Origin: Candidatus Magasanikbacteria bacterium UBA922
Lineage (GTDB): Bacteria; Patescibacteriota; Patescibacteriia; Magasanikbacterales; UBA922
Direction: 5' to 3'
Assembly: GCA_002293825.1 (NCBI GenBank)
Contig: DBDW01000009.1
Span: forward strand, 26,170-90,169
DNA length: 64,000 bases
How positions within the stretch are numbered: position 1 is the stretch's first letter; each line of letters starts with the position of its first letter. A program made the position numbers and the translations under genes. The notes beneath the pieces are model-generated. The model worked only from the letters and a program-made list of their open reading frames with translations. It searched no databases and was not told the DNA's origin. This document shows positions 53,701 through 62,203 of this stretch, piece after piece.

Positions 53701-54235
53701 TGTTATATGCCCAATGAATACCTGTGTTAAACCATTGTGGAGAATTGGGAGCTGCCATCTGACGAAGCAACATAACCACCAACTCATCATAAAAAATTTC
53801 AGCATCTTTTGGAGTAGCAAAATACCCATAGCGCTCTCCCCAATAACGCCACGTACCAGCAAGTCGATGAATAGTCTGTTTTGCCGAAGTTTCAGGTCCA
53901 AGCATGGGAGACCCGTCGGCATTTTTCTTGGGAGTTCCATCAGCATTCATCTGTGGTACACCTGTCTTACGAAAATACTTTTGCGCAATAATATCAGTTG
54001 CCACTTGTGACCACTGTTTTGGAATTTCAATATCTTTCATCTCAAACACTACCTTACCATTAGGCTCACGAATCGCACTTGTGCGTTTTTCATATTCCAC
54101 CATATCAAACGGACTCTTCCCTTCTTCGCTAAACAAACGTTTAAAACGAAGTCCATTTTCATTATAAAAAAACTGGGTATCGTCAGCTTGTCCCAATTTT
54201 ACGCTTTGTACAAACTTTGAATCAGTCGGACCCAT
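50750..54235 (-). CDS. nrdJ: Class II (adenosylcobalamin-dependent) ribonucleotide reductase
   Basis: NSPQWFN, HACFI, NPCSEY, APTGTI, ISKTIN, C-terminal CPTC...CLNC..GCS. Confidence 0.96.
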   Translation of the reverse strand: MGPTDSKFVQSVKLGQADDTQFFYNENGLRFKRLFSEEGKSPFDMVEYEKRTSAIREPNGKVVFEMKDIEIPKQWSQVATDIIAQKYFRKTGVPQMNADGTPKKNADGSPMLGPETSAKQTIHRLAGTWRYWGERYGYFATPKDAEIFYDELVVMLLRQMAAPNSPQWFNTGIHWAYNINSGAQGHYYVDPDTGVMTKAKDAYSHPQPHACFIQSVRDDLVGEGGIMDLWTREARLFKYGSGTGTNFSGLRGSGEPLSGGGKSSGLMSWLRIGDRAAGAIKSGGTTRRAAKMVIVDLDHPDVEKFIDWKVEEEKKVAALIAAGYPSDYEGEAYQTVAGQNSNNSVRVPHKFMDAIKNGSSWNLTWRTDGSVCKTLKARDLWDKIAFAAWACADPGVQYDGTINEWHTCPASGRINGSNPCSEYMFLDNTACNLASLNLMHFFDPATSNFDVPAFKHGVRVWTTVLEISVLMAQFPSREIAQGSFDFRTLGLGYANIGSVLMTAGIPYESEEAYAFAGSITAIMTAESYKTSAEMAKFLGPFPKFELNREHMMRVMRNHRRAAFNTPDHEYEKLVVKPIGIKPEHAPAYLLAAARESWNEAVEMGEMYGYRNAQTTLLAPTGTIGLLMDCATTGVEPDFALVKFKKLAGGGYFRIVNDAVPVALEQLGYAPDQITRILNYMRGTADITNAPHINAKSLATKGLIDVDIAAINKALEGAFDIKFACNVWTLGEEAMKRAGFTEAEYNDPKFNMLAALGFTEAEIEEANEYVCGTMTIEGAPGLQAIHYSVFDTANKNGKKGKRFIHYMGHVKMMAAVQPFLSGAISKTINMPHEVTVEEVKHAYEESWKVGLKAVALYRDGCKLSQPLSTGSQKKEDAAETKKETATATAQAEVPVAAVTAPVLATDQMSDALMQASQILSKHAGVSSSLESYTRDGEVAERRVYLHGEKRRLPAKRSGITVAAKVGNQQIWLRTGEYPDGKLAEIFIDMYKEGAAVRSLLNMFAVSVSMGLQYGVPLEKYVENFVFTRFEPSGFTDHPNIKNCTSIIDFVFRVLGMEYLGRTDFVQVPPKGVQKNKFDALARTHALQEMIPLEKPVSPAASAVTETQPQLIEDAPVGPVSASDAALGEMMGDAPACPTCGHITVRNGACYKCLNCGDSLGCS

Positions 54236-54371
54236 AGATGATAAGTTAGGAAAATGAATAAATCTTACACATCACCATACACCCTCTTAAAATCCCGAAC
54301 GTTCGTATAGTTACGAAACCGTTTAGGTGAAAAAACCTCCGCTCATTCTACTATAGAATTATTTCGGAGGT

Positions 54372-54419
54372 TCACTGTATATAGTGTTATAAAGAATTTT
54401 ACACCACAATATGTTGTGT
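54372..54419. promoter_or_regulatory. Tandem NrdR boxes upstream of nrdJ
   Basis: TCACTGTATATAGTGT (54372-54387) and CCACAATATGTTGTGT (54404-54419), 32 bp apart, matching acaCwAtATaTwGtgt. Confidence 0.85.
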
Positions 54420-54495
54420 TTGATGTGTCGCAGAGAGTAGTATAACATATTTAAAAATCCCCACCAAGTAAGCGAAGTAAAGGCAAAAAAAAGGC

Positions 54496-54540
54496 TTATC
54501 CACACAAAAGAAAAGTTGGTGTGGAAAAACCTGTGCGTAA
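54496..54540. promoter_or_regulatory. DnaA-box cluster upstream of the nrdJ promoter
   Basis: TTATCCACA (54496), TGTGGAAAA (54520), TGTGCGTAA (54532). Confidence 0.6.
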
Positions 54541-54603
54541 ATCAAAAAAATAGAAAACCCTCCATAACAATGGAGGGTCGCCTGTGGCCGAAAGCAGACA
54601 ATA

Positions 54604-54843
54604 TTAGTCGCTCTCAAAGCTGATCCACCCAAACACGAGCGTATCGTAGATGGGATTTTTGCCGAGAAAAAGAACGAACACTGTACCAGGAATATTCGTG
54701 ACGACTGTGGTAAGCATCACCGTGTAGGCACCCAATGCACGGGAGACATGCGTGGGCATGAGCTTATCCAGACGATCACGAGCCTCTTCATCTCCCATAA
54801 AACTGGTCTCTCCGCCAAAAATAGATCGAGTATTTTCACTCAC
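54604..54843 (-). CDS. Small orphan protein
   Basis: GTG start with GGAGGT SD; own TTGACA-17-TATATT promoter; 79 aa. Confidence 0.6.
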   Translation of the reverse strand: MSENTRSIFGGETSFMGDEEARDRLDKLMPTHVSRALGAYTVMLTTVVTNIPGTVFVLFLGKNPIYDTLVFGWISFESD

Positions 54844-54972
54844 AGGGACACCTCCATGAGACTGTGGGAAGAAAAAAATATACACCCAAATCACGTATCT
54901 GTCAATCAGATACTATAGTTTCCACATACTCAGGTGTATCTTGTATAATGCATGTGCTACACTACCCCTACT

Positions 54973-56043
54973 ATGACACATCCCAAACAAGAACATGACT
55001 GGTTTACCGAAGAAGTAGGTACGGAAGAACGATTACTTCAGCCCGAAACCCTCGAGAATACTCCAGAGGTTGAATTTGATGTAACACTACGTCCACAATC
55101 ACTGATTGATTTTGTGGGACAAGAGCATATCAAAACCCCTCTCTCAATCTCTATTGAAGCTGCAAAAAAAAGAGAAGAGCCGCTCGAACATGTGCTCCTA
55201 TACGGAAACCCAGGACTCGGAAAAACAACACTCGCATCAATCATTGCACGAGAAATGAATGTGAATATCAAAGTAACTGCAGGACCTGCGCTTGAACGCG
55301 TCGGAGACCTCGCAGCAATACTCTCGAATCTCAAACGAGGCGACGTATTGTTTATTGATGAAATTCATCGTATCAATAAGTCGGTCGAAGAAGTATTATA
55401 CAGTGCAATGGAAGATTATGCGCTTGATATCATTATTGGCAAAGGACCAGCAGCACGAACACTCCGAATGCCACTTGAACGCTTTACACTCATCGGCGCG
55501 ACCACCAAACTCAATTTATTATCCCCCCCACTTAGGGATCGTTTTGGGCATGTATACCATCTCAATTTTTACGAACATGCAGACATTGCTCGAATCGTCT
55601 CTCGCAATGCACAGTTACTCGAAGTCACTATTGAACCTACAGCAACCACACTCATCGCCGAACGCTCACGCCGCACACCACGCGTAGCGAATCGCCTACT
55701 CAAACGTGTTCGCGATTATGCCGAAGTGAGACACAATGGTATAATTTCAGACACAAGTGCCGAACACGCACTACACATGCTGAATGTCGATCAGTACGGT
55801 CTTGATGAAATTGATCGTAAAATACTTACCTCAATTATCACCCTATTTGAAGGCGGGCCAGTAGGGCTCAACACCCTTGCAGCAGCAGTAGCCGAAGAAA
55901 TGGAAACTATCGAGCAAGTGTACGAGCCCTATCTAATCCAGATCGGCATGCTCGAACGCACACCACGCGGACGAAAAGTTACCGCAAAAGCACAAGAACA
56001 TTTGAAATCAAAAATTCGAAGCTCAAAACAAGAGAGTACATAG
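54973..56043 (+). CDS. ruvB: Holliday junction branch migration helicase RuvB
   Basis: [37 protein letters not shown]. Confidence 0.98.
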   Translation: MTHPKQEHDWFTEEVGTEERLLQPETLENTPEVEFDVTLRPQSLIDFVGQEHIKTPLSISIEAAKKREEPLEHVLLYGNPGLGKTTLASIIAREMNVNIKVTAGPALERVGDLAAILSNLKRGDVLFIDEIHRINKSVEEVLYSAMEDYALDIIIGKGPAARTLRMPLERFTLIGATTKLNLLSPPLRDRFGHVYHLNFYEHADIARIVSRNAQLLEVTIEPTATTLIAERSRRTPRVANRLLKRVRDYAEVRHNGIISDTSAEHALHMLNVDQYGLDEIDRKILTSIITLFEGGPVGLNTLAAAVAEEMETIEQVYEPYLIQIGMLERTPRGRKVTAKAQEHLKSKIRSSKQEST

Positions 56044-56126
56044 TAAAATTGCACACACCGCACCAACTTCTTATTTATATCTTACCTGCATCTCCTGAAC
56101 AACCTCAAAAACCTCACCAACCTTAT

Positions 56127-56384
56127 ATGATCTCCTTCCCGCTTTATTTCTTCCTCTTCGCATATTTACTCTTCTTGTGTATTTTTATCATCTTTTCCCT
56201 GATCAATGCATATCACATCATTTCCACCGGCATGCTCACACTTGCGAGTTTTACGATTACCACAATCACCGTCATACTCACCGTAGCAACACTATATCTT
56301 ACCTGGCAACATATTGCTCAGATTGATTGGAAGCAGCCTTTTATATTCTTCGGAGAAGAACATTCAATCGAAACCGATTTCTAA
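56127..56384 (+). CDS. Small two-TM membrane protein
   Basis: Hydrophobic 85-aa frame from MISFP. Confidence 0.7.
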   Translation: MISFPLYFFLFAYLLFLCIFIIFSLINAYHIISTGMLTLASFTITTITVILTVATLYLTWQHIAQIDWKQPFIFFGEEHSIETDF

Positions 56385-56396
56385 AATACGTATTCT

Positions 56397-56939
56397 ATGC
56401 GCATACAAAGATTCGTCAAGCTAAAAGAGTATGAACAGATAGTCTACATACTTCGCAGACACCCGCTTACATTCATCCCTACGGCTGTTTTATTTATTGC
56501 ACTACTACTTATTCCCGTTATTCTATACACACTCATCAGGCCAGTATATGGAGATTTTTTTTCTGGACCAAATGTATATCCACTCATGATATTAGGAGGA
56601 AGTGTATACTACCTCTCTATTTATTTATTTTTCTACGCATATTTTATCGATTTCTATCTTGATGTCTGGATTATTACAAATGACAGAATCATCGACAACG
56701 AACAGCATGGATTATTTCACCACACCACCACCGAATTGGAACTACACAATATCCAAGACGTCACTTCACAAACAGCGGGAATCATTGGAACATTTTTCAA
56801 ATTCGGAGACGTGACAATAAAAACTTCTTCTGTAACCACCACCATTGTATTTCGACAAATTCCTAATCCAAGCAAAATTCGCGCCGAATTAATCAAACTC
56901 GCAGACGAAGATCGAAAACATCATCGCACTCAAAAATAA
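56397..56939 (+). CDS. Membrane protein with bacterial PH (bPH_2-like) domain
   Basis: RRHP, two TM, WIITNDRIID, IQDV, FGDVTI, IPNP. Confidence 0.85.
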   Translation: MRIQRFVKLKEYEQIVYILRRHPLTFIPTAVLFIALLLIPVILYTLIRPVYGDFFSGPNVYPLMILGGSVYYLSIYLFFYAYFIDFYLDVWIITNDRIIDNEQHGLFHHTTTELELHNIQDVTSQTAGIIGTFFKFGDVTIKTSSVTTTIVFRQIPNPSKIRAELIKLADEDRKHHRTQK

Positions 56940-56957
56940 TAAACATTTTTAACTCAT

Positions 56958-57260
56958 GTGTACAACATAATATTTCTCGGTACGTATCTCGCGACGATAA
57001 ACCTGTTCACCTGGCTCGTATTTGCGTTCGACAAATCACAATCACTTCGAAACAAAAAAAGGGTGTCAGAAAAAACACTGCTCATGTTAAGTGCAGCTGG
57101 TGGTTCTCTCGGCGCACTTGCAGGCATGAACATGTTTCGACACAAAACCAAAAAGCTCTCATTTCAACTCCCGTTTTTTATCATCATCGCATTACAAACT
57201 CTTCTCGTGACATGGTTAATCTATCACCGATATTCGCTGTCAGATACTTTTTTTAGCTAA
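56958..57260 (+). CDS. DUF1294 family membrane protein
   Basis: DKSQS...RVSEKTL...GGSLGAL..M.MFRHKTKK. Confidence 0.9.
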   Translation: MYNIIFLGTYLATINLFTWLVFAFDKSQSLRNKKRVSEKTLLMLSAAGGSLGALAGMNMFRHKTKKLSFQLPFFIIIALQTLLVTWLIYHRYSLSDTFFS

Positions 57261-57299
57261 ACAAAAACACCCGTTTCCGGGTGTTTTATGTATAAAATT

Positions 57300-57866
57300 T
57301 TACTCGACTACACGTCCACCGTATTCTCCAGTTTCAGTATTGACCGTGATTTCCTCACCCTCTTTGATAAAGATTGGTGCTTGAATTTTCAATCCATTAT
57401 CTAGTTCAATCTCTTTAGTCACATTACCGCTAGTACTATCACCCTTTACTGCTGGAGGTGCTGTTTTTACAGTATACGTTACTTTCTTTGGAAGCTGAAT
57501 CGCTACCACATTTCCCTCATGAAGCGAAGCTACTACCTCAAGCCCTTCCTTGAGATAGGGGGCATCCTCACCGACAACAGAAGCAGAGACATCAAGAGTT
57601 TCGTATGATTCTTTATTCATAAAAGAATAAAAATCTCCATTCTGGTATAAATACTGAAGATTTTCATGAAACACATCGACAATATCTACACTTTCTCCAC
57701 TTTTAAAAGTCATTTCAGTGCCTTTTGCCCCATCAATTGATTTAAGCTTGGTTTTGGTAAATGCCTGTCCTTTTCCAGGATTTACAAACTGAAACGTAGT
57801 CACGACATACAATGTACCGTTATGGCGAATGACGGCACCTTTCTTGATTTCTGAAGTATCTGCCAT
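57300..57866 (-). CDS. efp: Elongation factor P
   Basis: VNPGKGQAF, PAVKGDS, PIFI. Confidence 0.97.
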   Translation of the reverse strand: MADTSEIKKGAVIRHNGTLYVVTTFQFVNPGKGQAFTKTKLKSIDGAKGTEMTFKSGESVDIVDVFHENLQYLYQNGDFYSFMNKESYETLDVSASVVGEDAPYLKEGLEVVASLHEGNVVAIQLPKKVTYTVKTAPPAVKGDSTSGNVTKEIELDNGLKIQAPIFIKEGEEITVNTETGEYGGRVVE

Positions 57867-57887
57867 AAAAAATAATAAAATAAATAA

Positions 57888-58925
57888 CTAATCACTATAC
57901 ATTTTTCGCATCGGCAATACTAACACGTCCTCGATATTTTTGCAACCAGTCAAGCTCATCACCAATCGATCTATTCCCAAAGAAATTCCAGCTGAATTCG
58001 GCAGGTTTCGTACTGCCTCGAGAAATTCGTGATCGATCGGATATATTTTTTTTCCATACATACGTCGCTCACTCTGTTCAAAAATAAATCGACGCTCCTG
58101 CTCATCAGCATCAGTCAATTCTTCAAAACCATTAGTCAATTCTACCCCATCAATATACGCCTCAACCCGTCGTGCATACCGGCCATCAGAAGTGAGAAGG
58201 GATAAAGACGCCATTGCACTCGGATACTCATAAATCATCACCAACCCCATAGAAGATATCACGGGCTCAATTTCACTCAAAAAAATACGATAAAAAACCT
58301 CCTCATACTGCTCAGCATCTGAAACCACAAATCCTTTCTCACGTACACATGCAATCAAATCCTGAGTAGTAAGCGCAGTATCAAGATCAATCGCAAGAAT
58401 ATCAAGCCACAATTGTCGCATACTAATACGCTTCCAGGACTCCGTGAGAAATCGATCTGTATACACGCGAAATTCTGGATATCGATCGCTCACACGAGTA
58501 GCAACAAAACGACATAATTGTTCGGTATCATCCATAATATCCTCAAGCGAAGATCCGACACGATACCACTCGGCCATGGTAAATTCAGGATGGTGTGTAT
58601 GGCTCATGCTCTCATGATTACGAAAAACTTTTCCCAGATAAAAAATTCGATCAAACCCAGAAGCAAGCATTTTCTTCATCGTATATTCAGGTGACGTGTG
58701 CAACACACCAGGAAACACACGTGCACGATCATCGCGCACCGCAAGTTCCATAACCTCAATATTGGGTTCCTGCCCAGGAGAAGCTACGATATGGGGTGAT
58801 TCAATTTCCATCAATCCTTGGGTCCAAAAATATTCTCGAACTGCACGAAGAATTTCAAAACGAGCCTCAAGAGTTGATCGATGAGACGTAATGTGATGAA
58901 GATGAATACCAAGACTATGTTTCAT
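57888..58925 (-). CDS. epmA: EF-P lysine aminoacylase (EpmA/GenX)
   Basis: LHTSPEYTMKKML, FRN.E, HHPEFTMAEWY, ELTNGFEEL, GIDRL; no anticodon-binding domain; adjacent to efp. Confidence 0.93.
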   Translation of the reverse strand: MKHSLGIHLHHITSHRSTLEARFEILRAVREYFWTQGLMEIESPHIVASPGQEPNIEVMELAVRDDRARVFPGVLHTSPEYTMKKMLASGFDRIFYLGKVFRNHESMSHTHHPEFTMAEWYRVGSSLEDIMDDTEQLCRFVATRVSDRYPEFRVYTDRFLTESWKRISMRQLWLDILAIDLDTALTTQDLIACVREKGFVVSDAEQYEEVFYRIFLSEIEPVISSMGLVMIYEYPSAMASLSLLTSDGRYARRVEAYIDGVELTNGFEELTDADEQERRFIFEQSERRMYGKKIYPIDHEFLEAVRNLPNSAGISLGIDRLVMSLTGCKNIEDVLVLPMRKMYSD

Positions 58926-59006
58926 ACTATCCTGAACATAGAGTAAAAAAGGTCATTTGTCAATCGTGATACAGGGTCAGTATAACACGATCCAAGCGAT
59001 AAAATG

Positions 59007-59035
59007 TTGACAACAGATTGAAAATCACGTACTAT
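59007..59035 (+). promoter_or_regulatory. Sigma70 promoter of the tRNA cluster
   Basis: TTGACA-17-TACTAT. Confidence 0.85.
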
Positions 59036-59053
59036 ACGGCCTACACAAAACAA

Positions 59054-59125
59054 GCGGGTATCGTATAACGGCTATTATCTCAGTTTTCCAAACTGATGAC
59101 GCGGGTTCGACTCCCGCTACCCGCT
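59054..59125 (+). tRNA. tRNA-Gly(TCC)
   Basis: GCGGGTA...TCAGT-TTTCCAA-ACTGA...GGTTCGACTCCCGC-TACCCGC-T. Confidence 0.96.
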
Positions 59126-59315
59126 CAGGATCTTCATACAAGATCATTGAAATTTTCATTCTTCAGTACCTATCCTGACATGTCGAACAAGGGAAGGGTG
59201 AAACCGTCAGGTTTCACATGCTGAGGAAAGTATTTGAAAACCCGAAGGTTTTCAAAAGAAGAGCGAAGCGATGAGTGAGACTCCCGCTACCCGCTCAGGA
59301 TCTTCATACAAGATC
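59109..59315. repeat. 37-bp direct repeat of the tRNA-Gly 3' end plus trailer, bracketing a 133-bp hairpin-rich insert
   Basis: GACTCCCGCTACCCGCTCAGGATCTTCATACAAGATC at 59109-59145 and 59279-59315. Confidence 0.9.
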
Positions 59316-59405
59316 TACATGTTCCAGCACTTCCTGATCACACATCGGAACCACATCAAAAAATGCTGGTAAAAATGAGATAAAGGACGTACAATATATA
59401 CACAT

Positions 59406-59479
59406 CGCGGGGTAGAGCAGCCAGGCAGCTCGTCGGGCCCATAACCCGAAGGTCGGGGGTTCAAATCCCTCCCCCGCAA
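59406..59479 (+). tRNA. Initiator tRNA-fMet(CAT)
   Basis: C1:A72 mismatch, GGG/CCC in the anticodon stem, CAT anticodon. Confidence 0.96.
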
Positions 59480-59502
59480 CAAAGGATCTCACAATTTAGA
59501 AT

Positions 59503-59576
59503 GCGGTAGTAGCTCAGTTGGTTAGAGCGTCTCCTTGCCAAGGAGAAGGTCGCCAGTTCGAATCTGGTTTACCGCT
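59503..59576 (+). tRNA. tRNA-Gly(GCC)
   Basis: GCGGTAG...TCTCC-TTGCCAA-GGAGA...GTTCGAA...TTACCGC-T. Confidence 0.96.
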
Positions 59577-59714
59577 CAGTGAATTGTTTACAATTCACGT
59601 TTGGTATGGTAACATATCAGACATACACATGGGATTAGAAATTGTCCCCTACTGTATGGCCAACGCAAAATCCACCCAAAAGGGTGGATTTGTGTTTTAT
59701 TGAGGCCATGTTTA

Positions 59715-61274
59715 TTACCGAAGCAAACGCCTTTTCAAAGAAAAATAGCGATACCACCCACCACACATTGCCACAAACAAGACAACGAATGAACCTCCCA
59801 CAAACAATGGACTTGAAATAAAATTCCAAACTTTCATAGTACGCGTAATCTGCATCTCACGCACCTCTACTTGATGGACCACAGATCGCGGACCAAGCTC
59901 ATCAAAAGCTCCCAGCACTTGCATCGACAATTCATACACACCTGTGGACAAAATAGGGTCACTTACAAACAAAAAGTTTCCCTCTGTATCAGTTTCAATA
60001 ACATATGTTTCTATTTTTCCACCAGGAGTCTTCAAAGAAACATGAATTTTTGCATTCGAATATGAAACCACCCCTCGTGCATACACATTTTCACCTACTA
60101 CAATAGGATACAATGTATTGAGAATGCGCGGAGTAAACAATGGCGGAACTACTATTGAAAAAATTTGTTCACGGAAATTCCCTGCTTTATCATACACAAC
60201 TACCCGAATTTTCTGCTGACCTAATATAGTATCAGGCACAGTCAAAGAAGTTCCCAGAGCCCCTTCCCCCATACGCACCATGGAACCATCGTCAAAAAAG
60301 ATTTCATAAAAATTCACACCAGAAACACCATCAGTGGCCTGAAGAGAGATTAGCACACGCTCAGAATCTTTATCTTCTTGCAGAGAAAGGTTCTCAGGAA
60401 TACCTGTATCCACCTGTATCGCATAACTAGCTACAGGCGACCATACATTATTTTTTCGATATCTGATAGTAAAATACCAGACACCGTCATCAGAAAGGAT
60501 TATTTCTTGTGAAGAATTTTTTACAGACACCTCAGTAGTAGGAATAAATCCCGGCTCTCTACTTACCCCAAACTGAAGATTTTGTAAATTTTGCAAAATG
60601 TTCCATTCCATTTTCACTTTTCTACTGTTATACCAAAAATTTTGATTCGAGTGTGTAGGAGAAGAAAGAGATAGTGTGGAAAGCTGTTCAGGCACATTTT
60701 TATTAATCTCAGTCGGCAGTGGTTTGGATACAGCGGGAATAGAAGGAAGTACTGCTTGTTCTGGCTTAGTCACTTCTTGAACATCAATCAAAATTGAGGC
60801 AGAACCAGCCCCTTGAAAAATATTTGTACCAAGGCCATCATTTTCTCGTATTGAGGCACCCGAGATTGCAAATGAAGCAGTGCCTGTTTTTTTTGTCTTA
60901 AAAGTGACAGAAAAAATCTCACCAACACCACTAAAACCCGGATTAACAACTCCACCATTAAAAGATATAAGGCCCGAAGCGTTTGAAAAATTTGGGCTCT
61001 CTACCCACAATGAAAAAATTGATTTCCCAGTGTTCAACGATGTTACCTCAACCAAATCTGCAGGAAAGGTGATCACAGCTTCAGCGTTATTAATAAATTT
61101 TTCTTTCGTATTTATCACAACACGAAGCGTAAAAGAATCCCCCTGAGTTACACGCGTAGCAGAAACAGTCGCCCCCATAGTCGCAGCAAAAACACGTTCA
61201 GTAAAATAACCAAAAAACAAAAGAAAAAATCCTAGAAAAAATAAATAAAAAACACGCGAATAAACCTGTTTCAT
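59715..61274 (-). CDS. Cohesin-domain surface protein with Ig-like domains and C-terminal TM
   Basis: Signal peptide; GDSFTLRVVINT...INNAEAVITFP..L.V...SIFSLWVESP...ISFNGG; SSPTH, DGVWYF, YDKAGN. Confidence 0.8.
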   Translation of the reverse strand: MKQVYSRVFYLFFLGFFLLFFGYFTERVFAATMGATVSATRVTQGDSFTLRVVINTKEKFINNAEAVITFPADLVEVTSLNTGKSIFSLWVESPNFSNASGLISFNGGVVNPGFSGVGEIFSVTFKTKKTGTASFAISGASIRENDGLGTNIFQGAGSASILIDVQEVTKPEQAVLPSIPAVSKPLPTEINKNVPEQLSTLSLSSPTHSNQNFWYNSRKVKMEWNILQNLQNLQFGVSREPGFIPTTEVSVKNSSQEIILSDDGVWYFTIRYRKNNVWSPVASYAIQVDTGIPENLSLQEDKDSERVLISLQATDGVSGVNFYEIFFDDGSMVRMGEGALGTSLTVPDTILGQQKIRVVVYDKAGNFREQIFSIVVPPLFTPRILNTLYPIVVGENVYARGVVSYSNAKIHVSLKTPGGKIETYVIETDTEGNFLFVSDPILSTGVYELSMQVLGAFDELGPRSVVHQVEVREMQITRTMKVWNFISSPLFVGGSFVVLFVAMCGGWYRYFSLKRRLLR

Positions 61275-62194
61275 GCAAGTGTTTTAGAACGCATATTTCG
61301 TCTTTTTTTCACAAAGACAAAACTTATTAGAAAAACAAGTATCAAAACAGCGCCCAATACAAACCAAGGCATGTTCCCATCAGATATCTCACGAGGCACA
61401 AATTCAACAACTCGACGATTTCCTGCTTTATCAAAAGCAACAATCTCAACACGAGAGGTTCCATCCTGATTCTGAAGCACATATTCAGATCCAGATCGCA
61501 CTGACACAAAACCATCTTCAGTTATCTGAAGATAATCAATACCAGATTCTTCGTCACGCACCTCAATAGACAAAAATAATTGCCCACCAAAAAGACTAGG
61601 ATCGCTTCCTAGAGTTGCCTGAAGTACTGAAGGAGGAGTATTATCACTCGCAATCATCTCTCGAAGCATATCTTTACGCTCTCCATCTTTTTCTACAGAA
61701 ACAATATCCAATACCAAAGGAGTAAAATCTACTGCTTGTACAGTGCCGGCACCATTATGTAAATATGCAATCAAATCAACCGCACTAATCTCTAAACGCC
61801 CTTCTTTCTGACCTTCGAGCGCCAACGTAAAGACTTGGGCACCATCACTCTTAACACCTCCTGGCTCACCCGCTACAAAGGAAATAGAATGATCCTGTGA
61901 AGACCATGATGGTTTTCGAGACCACAAAGAAAATTGGCTCCCTCCGACACTAATTTCTCTCACTCGCACACTCTCAAAATCACCATTAAAACGAAGAGAT
62001 CCTTCGAGAACATTTATTTCTGCACCTTGTGTATTTATTCGAACAGTTACAAGCACGGTATCTCCAATCTGGAAGACTGACTCATCTACACCTACCTGCA
62101 ATAGCGCTCCATATGCCGGCGTACCTGAAAAAATAAACACTATAAATAATGCACAAACACACAAACACTTTTTTATCAAAAAGGAAGTAAACAT
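61271..62194 (-). CDS. Cohesin-domain surface protein with C-terminal TM
   Basis: Signal peptide; GDTVLVTVRINT..INVLEG...SQFSLW..P...ISFVAG.PGG; DEESGID, FDKAGN; TM plus basic tail. Confidence 0.8.
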   Translation of the reverse strand: MFTSFLIKKCLCVCALFIVFIFSGTPAYGALLQVGVDESVFQIGDTVLVTVRINTQGAEINVLEGSLRFNGDFESVRVREISVGGSQFSLWSRKPSWSSQDHSISFVAGEPGGVKSDGAQVFTLALEGQKEGRLEISAVDLIAYLHNGAGTVQAVDFTPLVLDIVSVEKDGERKDMLREMIASDNTPPSVLQATLGSDPSLFGGQLFLSIEVRDEESGIDYLQITEDGFVSVRSGSEYVLQNQDGTSRVEIVAFDKAGNRRVVEFVPREISDGNMPWFVLGAVLILVFLISFVFVKKRRNMRSKTLA

Positions 62195-62203
62195 ACAGAA
62201 AAA

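Noticed and set aside
50750-54235. Intein in NrdJ (also checked GyrB)
   Set aside because: Catalytic motifs are contiguous with no intein splice-junction motifs; extra length is an Ala-rich linker and normal C-terminal domains
54236-54440. Cobalamin riboswitch upstream of nrdJ
   Set aside because: Conserved B12-box and GGGAA/CCCG core elements are not found
54372-54540. Possible oriC from the DnaA-box cluster
   Set aside because: Only one perfect box, no dnaA/dnaN nearby and no visible change in strand skew
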